Part shown: in pieces, positions 26,804 to 38,509 of the stretch
Layout of the letters: every line of letters begins with the position of its first letter
How positions within the stretch are numbered: the first letter of the stretch is position 1
Source of the DNA: an uncultured Spirochaetota bacterium
GTDB taxonomy: Bacteria; Spirochaetota; Spirochaetia; SZUA-6; Fen-1364
NCBI GenBank assembly: GCA_963781885.1
Contig: CAWAHW010000004.1
Location: 32,001 to 96,000, forward strand
Length of the DNA stretch: 64,000 bases
Direction of reading: 5' to 3'
The notes under the pieces: model-generated
The model's database searches: none
Told to the model about the DNA's origin: nothing
Seen by the model: the letters and a program-made list of their open reading frames with translations, nothing else
Translations under genes and position numbers: made by a program

Positions 26804-29219
26804 CTAGCGGTCGAGTATCGACCGCACCGCCTTGACGAGGACATTGGTGGAAAAGGGCTTCTGCAGAAAGGCCATGGACGGCTGGAGGCTCACGCCGCTG
26901 GCGAAGGCATTGTCGGCGTAGCCGGAAATGAAGAGCACCTTGATCCCCGGCAGGATGCGATGGACGCGCTCCGCGAGCTCCTTCCCTCCCATGCCCGGCG
27001 ATGACGATGTCGGTGACGAGAAGGTCGAAGCGACGCCCCGCCGCGACTTCTGCAAGAGCCTCCTCAGGCCGGGCTGCCGCCGTCACCGCGTACCCGCGGC
27101 TTTCGAGCACGGTGACGATCATCCTCCGCACCCCGTCATCGTCTTCCGCGAAGAGGATGGCCTCCGTGCCCGGCGTGAATACCCTCTGCTCCCGGCTTGG
27201 CGGCTCCACCGTGTGCTCTTCGAAAGACCGCGGCAGGCGAATGTCGAAGCGCGTCCCCGTGCCGGGCTCGCTCCATAGCGCGATGTGACCCCCGCTCTGT
27301 TTCACGATCCCATAGACGGTGGCGAGCCCCAGGCCGGTGCCCCTGCCATCGGTCTTCGTCGTGAAGAAAGGCTCGAAGACATGGGGGAGCGCATCGGGAC
27401 TAATGCCGATGCCCGTGTCCGAAACGGAGAGAAGGACGTAGGAGCCGGGCCGCAGGCCCGGATGCGCACCGGCAAGCTCTTCGTCGACCTCCGCGTTCGC
27501 CGTCGTCAGGGTGAGAACGCCGCCGCGGGGCATCGCGTCGCGCGCATTGACGGCAAGATTCATGATCACCTGGACGAGCTGGACCGGGTCGGCCCTCACG
27601 TTGCCCAGCCGCGGGTCAGGCACGATGCAGAGCTCCACGTCGTCGCGGATCAAGGGCTTCAGCATGACCTTGACCTCGTCGAGGATGGCGTTCACGTTCA
27701 GCACCTGGGGCTGCAGCACCTGCTTGCGGCTGAAGGCGAGAAGCTGCTTCGTGAGAGCCGCGGCGCGCTGGGCGGCCCCTTCGATGAAATCGAGGTCCGC
27801 CTGCTCCGGGCCTCCGGAGGGGAGTCTGGCGGAAAGGAGATCCGCATACCCGGTGATCGTCGTGAGGATGTTGTTGAAGTCGTGGGCGACGCCGCCCGCC
27901 AGCCTCCCCACGGCCTCCATCTTCTGGGCCTGCATGAGTCGCTCCTCCTTCAGGAGCTCTTCGGTGATATCGCGCAGGATTCCGACGAAGCTCATCACCC
28001 TGCCGCTGCGATCGCGGACGGGTGAAAGGGAAAGCTCCGCGGTATAGGAAGATCCCTTCCTGCCGCGATTCTGCGTCCGTCCGCGCCACGTGCCCTCGGC
28101 GCACGCGGTTTCCCGCATGACGCGGCAGAAGCCGTCATCCGCGAAGCCCATGACGCTGCAGGCCGAGTGCCCGATCACGTCGTTGCGCGCGTAGCCGCTC
28201 ATCCGCTCGAAGCTCAGATTCACGTATTGGACGATTCCATCGATGTCCATGAAAATGATGGCATCGGATATCTGTTCGATGGCAGCGCTCTGGCGCAGGT
28301 GCTCGCGTTCCAGGCGGATGCGGAGCAACGCGCGGGAAAGCTCCGCGGCGACGCCGGACAGGAGCGTCATCTTCTCCTGCCCGAAATGATCGGGCAGGGT
28401 CGCCGCAAAACCCAGAATGCCGACCGGCCTGCCTTCCACGGGCAACGGAAGGAGCGCGAGCGACGAAATCCCGTGGGACAGGAGTCGCGCATGGAAACCA
28501 GCCAGGTCATGCTGCTCGGCGAGACGATTCACCGGCAGGGGACGCGTGAGGTGCGAAAGCAATTGCCCCATGGCATTGGCGGAAAACAGAAAGACGTGGC
28601 CCAGGAACGAGAGATCGCGCACCGCGCCGGTTTCTGCCACGACGACCGCGCCGGTCCGGGCGTCGTTGACGAGGGCGGCGAATGTCAGGGTGGCGTCGAC
28701 GGCGCCCGCAAGCTCGTCGCAGGCGTGCTGGAGGAAGGCCTGCTCATCCACGCTCGTGGCCGACGCGGCGACGAGGGCGCGGAAAAGGGCTCGCTCCTGG
28801 TTGCGGCGGAATATCTGCTCGTCGGCCTGCTGCTTCGCCGCACGTTCCCGGCGGGCAGCGAGCGCCTGGACGATGGCGGGCCCCAATCGCGCGAGCCGGT
28901 CCTTGAGAAGGTAGTCGGTGGCGCCGTTCTTCATGCACGCGACCGGTGCCTCCTCGCTGGCGGCGCCCGTGACCACGATGAAGGGAACGTCCAGGTGCCG
29001 TGACTGGAGGATACGCAGCGCGCGCAGGGCATCGAACTGGGGCAAGGAATAGTCGGCGAGGATCAGGTCGAGATCGGGTGAAAGCTCCGCGGTGTAGTCG
29101 GCTTCGCCCTGGACCCGCCGATAGTCCGGGTCAAAGCCCGTGCGGCGGAGCTCTCGCACGATCAGCTCGACGTCAGCGTCAAGGTCTTCCAGGATAAGTG
29201 TCCGCAGCGATGTTGTCAT
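26804..29219 (-). CDS. Hybrid sensor histidine kinase REC-GAF-PAS-HisKA-HATPase-REC, frameshift near 27000
   Basis: N-terminal REC (ILED…LILADYSLP), H-box GGVAHDFNN, FEPFFTTK..GTGLGL; the C-terminal REC continues in ORF 26804..27055 (PGMGGKEL…FLQKPF). Confidence 0.9.
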
Positions 29220-32200
29220 GGCAGCCTCTTGCGGAGCGTGAAAGAGAAGGTCGCGCCCCGGTCGATCTCCCCCTCCCCCCACGCGCGCCCTCCGTGCCGC
29301 TGGATCACGCGCTGCACGATGGCAAGACCGACGCCGGTGCCTTCGAACTCCCGTTCCCCGTGCAGACGCCGGAACACCCCGAAGAGCTTGCCGGCGTCGC
29401 GCATGTCGAAACCCGCCCCGTTGTCCCGCACGGAATACACCACCTCGTTTCCCGCGTACGCGAATCCCACCTCGATGACGGCCCGCGCGCGCCGGGAGGA
29501 GAACTTCAGCGCATTGGAAAGGAGATTGATCCAGACCTGGCGCAGCAGCGTGGGATCCCCTTCCGCCGGGGGAAGGGCGGGAAGACGAAGGTCGATCCGT
29601 GCCGCGCTGTCGGGGGTGAGAAGCTCGTCAATCACCGACCGGACGAGCGCGTTCATGTCGATCGTTGCCGTCTGCATTTCCCGGCGCCCTACCCGGGAGA
29701 AGGCAAGGAGGTCGTCGATCAGCGCGGCCATGCGGCGCGTGTTCTCCTGCACGACGGAGCACAGGCGCCTGCCCTCGGCGTCAAGGGACTCCGCGTGGTC
29801 TTCCACGAGAATGCGCGTGAAGCCGTCGATGGCGCGCAGCGGGGCGCGCAGGTCGTGGGACACCGAGTAGCTGAACGACTCCAGCTCGCGATTGGCGGAT
29901 TCAAGTTGTGCCGTGCGCTCCCGCACGCGCCGCTCAAGCTCCTCATTGAGCTGGCGGATGTGCGTCTCCGCCTCCTTGCGCTCGGTGATGTCCACCATCT
30001 GGCCCATGGTGCGCGGCCGCCCGGCCGGGTCCTGCACGATCGTGACGCTCATCTCCACCCACCGCTGCCGGCCGTCGAGCCGCTGGATGACGATCTCGTA
30101 GCGCGGCGGCAGCGTCTCACCGCGCTGTCGGCGGACGTAGCGATCGGCGACGAGGGACTGGTAGGCGGGCGTCAGGAAAGCGCGGAAATCCATGCCCATG
30201 AGATCCTCCCGCGGGCGTCCGATCAGATCGCACATGATGTCGTTCACATAGATGAATCGGAAGCCGTCGTCGATCGTGAAGATGCCGATCAGGGAGCTTT
30301 CGACGAGGGACCGGAACTTCTCCTCGCTCTCCCGCAGGGTTTCCTCCGCGGCGCGGCGCTCGGCGATTTCCCGCTGCGCCTGCTGGAAAAGCCGGGCGTT
30401 GTCGAGGGAGAGCGCCATCTGCGCGAGCAGGAGATTGATCAGGGAAAGCCGTCCGGGCGTGAAGGCGCCGGCAACAAGGTTGTTTTCCAGATAGAGGATG
30501 CCGCTCAGCCTGCCCTGATTCACCAGGGGCGCGCAGATCACGGACTTGATGGCGCGCTGCCGGACGCGCGGGTCGTCGACGAAGGGACCCGCACGCGCCG
30601 CGTCGTCGAGGACGACATTCGTCCGGTCGCGGGCAACGGCGCGGACGATGGCCTCGGGCACCATGTCGCTGCGCGGGAGCGAAATGCCGGTGAGCACGTC
30701 GAAGCGTCCCTCGTTGACATCCCCTTCGGCTTCGATCGCCCAGTCGCCGCCCCGGTCCAGGAGGAGCGCGGCACGCTCCGCGCCGGCGTTCTGTATCGCG
30801 ATCCGCATCAGCCTGTCCAGAAGCCGCGGCAGCTCGATTTCCCCGGCGATGGCCTGTGATGACTTGATGACCGTTGCGAGGTCGAGCAACGGCGGAAGGC
30901 TTGCCGCTGACGCGTCCGCCTCCCCTTCCGCCCGGGTTTCTTTCTGCGCGCCCAGGCGGAGCGCGGGAAAGCGCCTCTCCAGCGCGACGGCCTTCGCGGT
31001 CGCGCCCCAGCGGGCGTAGCAGGAGTGCGCTTCCCGCAGGAAGGGATGCGCAAGGCTCTCCATGCCCCGGTCAAGCAGGAAGCCCGCCGCGAGCTCGTTT
31101 GCCACGGCCTCATCCCGCCGGTAGCCATTGTCCCGCGCGCCCGCGATGGCGCGGTCGTATGCCGCCAGCGCAAGCTCCCTGTCGCCGAATGTCCTCTGAA
31201 GCTCCGCCTCGACAAGATCGGTCTTGTACTGGCAGTTCATGGGGGCATGGCGCGCCCATGCCGCGAGCTTTTCCTGGTTCGCGGCGACTCTTCGCCGAAG
31301 ATCCTCCGGCGACACCTTGCGGCTCTGTCGATATGCCGCCAGGCGCGCGAGGGAATCGTAGAGACAGTACACGGGCAGGAAAGGGAGGCCCATCGCATTG
31401 TCGAGGTATGCCGCAACGCGTGATGAATCGTCGACGGCCCGCTCGTAGTCGCCGAACAGGAAGCTCAGGAGCAGCTTGTGGAAATGGACGTAGAAGATGC
31501 CGTTGCCGTCGTTCGCCGCGACAAGGCGGGGCATCATGATGCTTTCGTCGTAGTGCGCGCCCTGGAGGAGCCCCGCGTGCGCCCTCCCCTCGCGCAGGTC
31601 GTGCAAGGCCTGGAGGAGTATCAGGAAGTGCTGATGGACCGTGTCCTGTCGCGCCTGGCGAATCGTCTCGCTCAGCGCGAGGATTTCCGGCAGCAGCTCA
31701 CCGAGACTCTTCCCGATCCCCGGCAGGTACATGAAGGTGCAGGAGCAGAATGCGGCGTACCCGGCGAATTGCAGGTCTCCGATTTCAAGCCCCCTATAGT
31801 ACGCCGCGCGCAGCGGCGCCACGGTGTCACGGACGTGCCTTCTCCAGTGCGTAATGAAGGTGTTCACGATGCTCACGATCTTGCAGTCCCACTCGCGGAC
31901 ATCCATGCGATGGAGAAGATCCATGCTGAGCTGCCCGAAGGCGTCTCCGGCCTCGATGTCCTCCACCATGCCGCACAGGATCAGGCCGTAGGAGGCATAG
32001 CAGAAAGCCGAGGCGGGCGCCGTCCCATGCGCGACCGACGCGCGCACCTGCCTTGAGGATGAGCAGCGTGTAGAGCTTCGGCGCCGAGAGGAATGCCGCC
32101 GCGGACATGCTCACCAGGATGCGCATGACCGCGAGCTCCATCGGATCCGTCATCGGCGACCTGTCGAGCAACGAGGCGAATGCCCGCCGCTCGGGTGACG

Positions 32201-34869
32201 TCACGGGTTTCCCGGATCGCCGCCTCGACGTCCGCCGCCGTCGGCTCCGCGGGGAATGTCGTGCCGACGCCGTGCAGGACGTCGAGTCCGAGACCGATGG
32301 CGTCCCGCATACGGTTCTGCACCGCCAGGGCTTCGATCTCCACCTCGTAGACCTTGCACCGGTCGGGCAGATCGCGCGCCCGGGCACGTACGATGTCCCC
32401 CAACGACCTCATCTCTTCGAAGTTGCCGTAGAGGTAGGCGGCTTCCACCGAGGCTTCGTAGATGTCCAGGGTGAGACGATAGTCGCTGTCCCAGCAGTCT
32501 GCACCGAGGAGCCGGCGGGCCACTGCAAGGTATCCCGCCGCTGCCGAAAAAGCGGTCGCGGCCCTCGCGCAACGGCCGGCCTGCAGGTTCATTTCCGCCA
32601 GCGCGCGTCGTTCCACCGGGTCGCCCTCCAGCTCGATCCCCTGGTTGAGCTGGCCCGCGATCTCAAAGAGACGCTCCTCGCCATGCTCTTCCACGAGGGA
32701 GCTGCGGAGCATGCGCCCGATGTGCAGGTGCGTGAGCGGTTTCCTGTCATCGGGGATCATGGAATATGCCGCCTGCCGGGCCCGGTCGTGGAAGAAACGG
32801 TAGGACGGCGCCTGAAAGCCCGCGCCGAGGGGATGTTCCTGTCCGACCGTCGCCCGCTGAAAGCGATAGACCTGGCCGAGCGGCAACAGGAGCCCCGCTT
32901 CCAAGGCGGGCCAGACGTCCGCCGCGGTCTCTTCCAGGGATTTCTGAAGGATGATGGCGAGCGTTCCGAGGTCGAAGGCGCTGCCGACGCACGCGGCCAG
33001 CTTCAACGCCTCCTGGGTGCCGGCCGGCAGCTTCTCCACCTGGCGTGTCATGAACTCCATGATGTCGTCGCCAAGGGCAAGGGTGCCCACGCGCGCGACG
33101 TCGCACTCCCAGAAGCCCGCCTCCGCGTTGAAGGCGATCAGGCCCTCGGCGTGAAGCGCCTCCACGAAGCGGTTGATGAAAAAGGGGTTGCCCCCGGTTT
33201 TCTCGAAGACCAGCCTGGCAAGCGGGGATGCGCGCTTCAGCGGGCAGCCGAGCGTGTCGGCGATCAGGCGCGTGACGACCCGCTCCTTGAGGGAAGCCAG
33301 CGCGATGAAGCTGACGGTGACGCCCTCCTCCTCCATCTGACGGAAAGCGACGCTGAGGGGATGGGTGGCGGGCACCTCATCTTCGCGGAAAGCGCCGACC
33401 AGAAGGAGGTACGCCGCCTTGCGTTCGCCTACGAGAAGACGCAGGAGCTCCAGCGACGCGAGGTCGGCCCATTGCATGTCATCGAGAAAGATGACCAGCG
33501 GGTGCGTCTCCGCGGCGAAGCTCGCCACGAGCCGACAGGCAAGCAGGTTGAAGCGGTTCTGCGCCGCGACGCCCGCGAGCGCGGGGACCGGTGGCTGGCT
33601 GCCGATGATCCGTTCAAGATCCGGCACGACATCGATCATGACCCCTCCGCTTTCGCCGACGGCCGACAGGATCTGTGCGCGCGCTGCCGCGAGCTCGGCG
33701 TCACTCGCGCCCACCACCTGCCCGATGAGATCCTGCAGCGCCTGGAGAAACCCGGCAAAGGGGATGCCGTGATTGAACTGGTCGAACTTCCCCCTGATGA
33801 AATGACCGCGGCGGCGTTCGACCGGCCCGCTGATCTCGTTCACGATGGAGGTCTTTCCGATGCCCGATGCCCCTGACACCATCACGAGCTCCGTGGATCC
33901 GGCCGCCGCGCGGTCGAAAGCCGAAAGAAGAGCCGCCGTTTCATGGGCGCGGCCGTAGAGCTTCTCGGGGATGAGGAAACGCTCCGCCCGGTCGTGCAGA
34001 CCGAGGTCGAAGGCACGTTCCTCCTTTTCCGCCTGGCGTCCGCATCGACGCAGGTCATGGAGGAGACCGCGCGAGCTCTGGTAGCGCTCTTCCGGCGCCT
34101 TGGACATGAGCTTCATGACGATAGCGGACAGGACAGGGGACACGGCGGGATTCAGGGCCGTCGGGGGCGGCGGCGTGCGCGCCAGATGGAAGTGGACCTG
34201 CTCCGCCGGATCGGAAGACTCCAGCGGCAGGCGGCCGGTGAGCAGGTGATACAACGTCGCGCCGAGGGAGTAGAAATCGGACCTGTAGTCCACGGCGCGG
34301 TTCATGCGGCCCGTCTGCTCCGGGGCAATGTAGGCGATGGTCGCGTCGAGGGATCGGGCGCCTTTCGGCGACGGCACTTCCCGGTCCAGGGTCGTCGAGA
34401 GGTCGAAGTCGATGATCCGAAGGCTTTCCGCCTGGGGGTTGTAGACGATATTCGACGGGCAGACGTCCTTATGGATGACGCCGGATGCATGGATCGCGGC
34501 GATTCCTTCCACGATCTGGTCCGTCAGCTTGAGAAAATGCGCCAGTGAAAAGCGCGCGAGCCGCCAGTCGCCTAGGAGCGCGCTGAGCGGCGAGCCCCCG
34601 ATGTCTTCAAGCACCAGGAAGACGGTGTTTTCCCATGTCTCCAGCCCATACGCCTGGATCACATTCGCCGAGTGGACCAGGCGGATCATCTCGAGCTCGT
34701 GATGGTAGCGGTCGGGACTTGCGTGGCTCGCCGGACTGGGCTTCAGGATTTTCAGGATGACCGGAAGCTGGTCGCGACGCCGGATCGCCCTGCAGACCAT
34801 GGTGGTATGGCTTTCGTAGATCGTCGCAGCGGCGTCGTAGCCCGGGATTTCAATGGTTCTCAGCTCCAT
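29216..34869 (-). CDS. Ser/Thr kinase-AAA ATPase-GAF-PAS-histidine kinase (~1880 aa), two frameshifts near 32180 and 32051
   Basis: Kinase domain (IHKD, YIAPEQTGRMNR..DYRSDFYSLG), Walker A GASGIGKT, Walker B IFLDDMQW, GAF (ILYLENN), PAS, H-box SVSHDLRAPLR, GTGVGL; the bridging segment is in ORF 31827..32387. Confidence 0.9.
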
Positions 34870-34981
34870 CGAATCTCCGCCGCGGCGACGACCTGACGGC
34901 CCTGTCGTTGAGCAAGGCTATACATCCGCTTTGTCCAGGCTCGTTTTCTCCATTTCCACGCGCGTTGCCTCGTTACCCTTT

Positions 34982-34997
34982 TGCAATAGGCGTGCCA
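34982..34997 (-). promoter_or_regulatory. Sigma54 (-24/-12) promoter upstream of the STK-HK operon
   Basis: Minus strand reads TGGCACG-CCTA-TTGCA, matching the RpoN consensus, about 110 nt before ATG 34869. Confidence 0.75.
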
Positions 34998-35294
34998 TGT
35001 GACAGCAAAATGAAGGCTTCAAGCGTTGCCGCGGCGTGTCACCTTAAGTCATATTGGATAAACAATTAGCCAATGTACACGGAGTCCGCACAATGGGAGG
35101 AACAGGCGCACAGATTTATTTGCCTTTTTTATGCGTCTGTTCCAGGAGGTTTGGAACAATGGCGGAACAGTTTCGAACGCTGCTGTCTGGGAAATCGACG
35201 ACTTCCACCAAGTCTCTGCTCTTGCTCCTCCCTTTTTCATGCTATGCTTTCCATTGGACCCGGATGTCGCAGCGTGAACCGGGCAAGTGCGATC

Positions 35295-36560
35295 ATGCAG
35301 TATTTCATCTTTCTCATGCTCTCACCCCTGACAGCGATCATACTCGTGGCAGCGATCGTGATGGTGGCCCGGCGCCCGCGGTCAGGGCAGTCTTTCCCGA
35401 TCGCCAGCGCGCTCTGGGCATCGCTGGGTTTCGTCGTCACGAACACGCTCGAGCTTGTCTGGCCGACTGCCGCGGGCACGATGCTCTTCGCGAAGCTCGG
35501 CTACCTTTTTTCAACGCCCCTGCCCGTCTTTCTTTTTCTCTTCACCCTCTCGTTCACGGGTCACGAAAACTGGCTTGCGCCGCGCCGGGCGCTCCCGCTC
35601 TTCGTCGTTCCGTTTGCCACCACGCTGCTTGCGGTCACGGAGCCGCTCCATGGATTGATCTGGGCGGGCATTACCTATCAGCCCATCGCGGGCATGCTCG
35701 CGATGAGTGTCACGTACGGCTGGTTCTACTGGATCTACTTCGCCTACGCGCTTGCCCTCCTGATCGCCAGTGCGGCCCTCATCCTGTGGGAACACGCGCA
35801 TGCCCCTCGCGTCTATCGCGCCCAATCCACTTCCGTGATGGTCGGCGTCCTCATCCCGCTTGCCTTTTACGTCGTCTACACGGTGAAGATGATCCCAGGC
35901 CTCACGAAAAACTTCTCCCCCATCGCCTTTGCCGCCGCGGGTCTCTTTCTCGCGGCGAGCCTGCGCAGGCACAGCTTTCTCGATCTCATCCCTGTCGCGC
36001 GCGGCGTCCTTGTCGACGAGATGGCCGACGGCATGATCATCGTGGACCTCGACGGCAGGATCGTCGACGCGAACGATGCGGCCCGGCAGGCCTTCGGCGT
36101 CACGGAGAACATCATCGGGGGCGCGATCGCGCGCCTTCCCGGGCTCGAGGACGTCATCGGCCTGATGACGGCGGACAGGAAAAGCAGGGAAATACCGGTG
36201 GGAGAGCCGCCGCTGCGGCGCTATTACGATGCACATGTTTCCCCGATCGCCAACAGGCGGCACGAAGCAATCGGCTCCATGATCCTGCTGCGCGACGTAT
36301 CAGAGACCCACGCTCTGCTCGAGGAGAAGAACAGCCTGATCGCCGACCTGGAGCGGGCTGCCGGGGAGATCGAGACCCTCCAGGGGATCATCCCGATCTG
36401 CATGTATTGCAAAAAGATCAGGGACGACGCGGGGTACTGGCATCAGGTGGAGAGCTACGTGAGCGACCATTCCCGGTTGCAGTTCAGCCACGGGCTCTGC
36501 CCGGACTGCGAAAGGAAGCATCGGGAAACGCATGGGGCGGCGCCGGCCGACGATTCGTGA
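35295..36560 (+). CDS. HisKA_7TM-PAS membrane sensor with a C-terminal Cys-rich domain and no kinase domain
   Basis: Seven TM segments, LDLIPVARG, PAS (MADGMIIVDLDGRIVDAN), coiled coil, IPICMYCKKIRDDAGYW…FSHGLCPDC. Confidence 0.85.
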   Translation: MQYFIFLMLSPLTAIILVAAIVMVARRPRSGQSFPIASALWASLGFVVTNTLELVWPTAAGTMLFAKLGYLFSTPLPVFLFLFTLSFTGHENWLAPRRALPLFVVPFATTLLAVTEPLHGLIWAGITYQPIAGMLAMSVTYGWFYWIYFAYALALLIASAALILWEHAHAPRVYRAQSTSVMVGVLIPLAFYVVYTVKMIPGLTKNFSPIAFAAAGLFLAASLRRHSFLDLIPVARGVLVDEMADGMIIVDLDGRIVDANDAARQAFGVTENIIGGAIARLPGLEDVIGLMTADRKSREIPVGEPPLRRYYDAHVSPIANRRHEAIGSMILLRDVSETHALLEEKNSLIADLERAAGEIETLQGIIPICMYCKKIRDDAGYWHQVESYVSDHSRLQFSHGLCPDCERKHRETHGAAPADDS

Positions 36561-36573
36561 GCACGAGGCGGGT

Positions 36574-38046
36574 CTAGGGACTGCGTCCCGCGGCCGTGCT
36601 CTCTGCATTTCCTTTGTGGACGATCGGGAGCTCGATCCTGAAGCAGGCCCCCGCCCCCGGTTCGCTCCTTACCGTGAGCGACCCTCCGTGGTTTCGCACG
36701 ATGATGTCGTATGAAATGTTGAGACCGAGTCCCGTCCCCTGGCCGACGGGCTTCGTGGTAAAGAACGGGTCGAATATCCTGGGCTGTATCTCCCGCGGTA
36801 TGCCGGGGCCGTCATCCTCGATCTCTATCCAGGCGGCATCTCCAAAGGCTCCCGTGCGGATCTCGATGCGCCCCTTCTGCGCCCTGCCCTGCGCCTTGAT
36901 GGCCTGCGCGGCATTCACGATGATGTTCAGCAATACCTGGAGAATCTCCCCTTCGCTGCACTCCACGAGGGGAAGCTCCCCCAGCTTCAGCGTGACATCC
37001 GCGCTGTAGACCACTTCATTGTGCGCCACCGCGAGCGTCTTCCTGATTCCCCCGTTGATGTCGACGAGTGTGCGCGCGTCACCGGAATCGATGCGGGAAA
37101 AGGAGCGGAGGTTCTGGACGATATCCGAGATGCGCCGAAACCCCTCGTCCAGGTCGGCCAGAATCTTGCCCAGCCCGGCGAGGATGTAGTCGATGTTGTA
37201 GGCCGCCCGGGCCTCGGCAAGCGCCGGCAGCCCGGCATCGTTCAGATGCCGGAGAAAATCCTCGATATTGCGCAGAAAATGCCCGAGCGCCGACTGGTTG
37301 CTCTTCATGAATCCCAGCGGGTTGTTGATCTCGTGGGCGATTCCCGCGGCGAGCTGGCCGATGGAGGCGAGCTTCTCCTGCTGGATCATCATGGCCTGGG
37401 ATTCCTTCAGCTTCTGGTTGGCCTCCGCGAGCTGCACGTTCAGCTTCCAGCGCGTCTGTTCGTCGTGGATGCGCGCGCTGATGTCCTTCACGATCGCGTG
37501 GATCCGCGAGACGCCGCCCGCCTCGTCGGGGATCAGCGTGGCGTTTTCGAGCCCGAATATCGTGGCACCGTCCGTCCGCGTGAGGATGACCTCGAAGTTC
37601 TTGACGGAGCCGCCCTCCTGGATGAGCTGCATGAGCACGGCGTGGTCGCGGGGGTTCGACCAGAGCTCCGCCTCCACCCGGCCGATCACCTGGTCCGGGC
37701 TCTCATAGCCGAGAAGCTGCGCCCCTGCCCGGTTGATCTCGGCGATCCTGCCGGCGCCGTCGATCGTCAGGATCATGTCCTGCGACTCGGCGACAAGCGC
37801 ATTGAGCTTTTCCAGCTGCGCGCGGCCGGCGTCGTCGAGGCCCTTCGCCGGTTCTTTTGCGGACGTCTCCCGCGCGCGCCGCAGCACCGTGAGGAGGAGC
37901 AGCGCAGCAAAAAGCCCGACGGGGAGAATGACGCGAAGGACGGCCGACGCGTGATCGGGGTACGCAAACAGGACGAGCGTTCCCCCTGCAAGGGCGAGCA
38001 AGAGGATGACGGTGAGCGCACACGACAAAGCCTTCTGGCGTCTCAT
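36574..38046 (-). CDS. Membrane-bound PAS sensor histidine kinase (NtrB-like)
   Basis: Two N-terminal TM segments, PAS, QEKLASIGQLAAGIAHEINNP, FDPFFTTKPVGQGTGLGL. Confidence 0.93.
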   Translation of the reverse strand: MRRQKALSCALTVILLLALAGGTLVLFAYPDHASAVLRVILPVGLFAALLLLTVLRRARETSAKEPAKGLDDAGRAQLEKLNALVAESQDMILTIDGAGRIAEINRAGAQLLGYESPDQVIGRVEAELWSNPRDHAVLMQLIQEGGSVKNFEVILTRTDGATIFGLENATLIPDEAGGVSRIHAIVKDISARIHDEQTRWKLNVQLAEANQKLKESQAMMIQQEKLASIGQLAAGIAHEINNPLGFMKSNQSALGHFLRNIEDFLRHLNDAGLPALAEARAAYNIDYILAGLGKILADLDEGFRRISDIVQNLRSFSRIDSGDARTLVDINGGIRKTLAVAHNEVVYSADVTLKLGELPLVECSEGEILQVLLNIIVNAAQAIKAQGRAQKGRIEIRTGAFGDAAWIEIEDDGPGIPREIQPRIFDPFFTTKPVGQGTGLGLNISYDIIVRNHGGSLTVRSEPGAGACFRIELPIVHKGNAESTAAGRSP

Positions 38047-38432
38047 TCCGCAGCGGGTCGATCCTGCATGGACATGTAGGTGAACACGCCGAGCAGCTCG
38101 AGCACATGACGGACCGGAGGCTGGGAGTTCTCCAGGAAATGGGCGAATCCGCGCTCGCGGGCCACCGCCTTTGCCGTGATGAGCATGCCGACGCCCAGCG
38201 ACGAGACGTACTCCAGCTTGTCCAGGACGAAAACGACGCGCGGCTGCCCGTCCCACTTTTCGATCAATGCAATCACGACGGGCATCAAGGCGCTCGCCGC
38301 ATCGCCGTCGAGATACCCCTCGAGATGGATGCGGAGGCCCCCGTCAATTCCGTTGCGCGCGACCGCCCGTGCGGAGAAATGTTTCATGGCGTGCGTCACG
38401 CGCTCCAGCGCTTCAAGGTCGATTTCGCTCAT
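38043..38432 (-). CDS. STAS domain protein (anti-anti-sigma-like)
   Basis: LEGYLD, LDKLEYVSSLGVGML, VRHVLELLG; upstream TTGAGC-N17-TACACT promoter. Confidence 0.85.
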   Translation of the reverse strand: MSEIDLEALERVTHAMKHFSARAVARNGIDGGLRIHLEGYLDGDAASALMPVVIALIEKWDGQPRVVFVLDKLEYVSSLGVGMLITAKAVARERGFAHFLENSQPPVRHVLELLGVFTYMSMQDRPAAE

Positions 38433-38509
38433 GGCTCCGGTCGAGTGTACGACGATTGTCGCGCCCGCTCAAGGCACCGGAATCCGGCGGTTCTGCGGCA
38501 AGCGACGTC

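Noticed and set aside
29216-34869. Kinase-STAND ATPase as an anti-phage (Avs/NLR-like) defence system
   Set aside because: The C-terminus is GAF-PAS-histidine kinase coupled to a hybrid kinase; there is no nuclease or other effector and no defence-island context.
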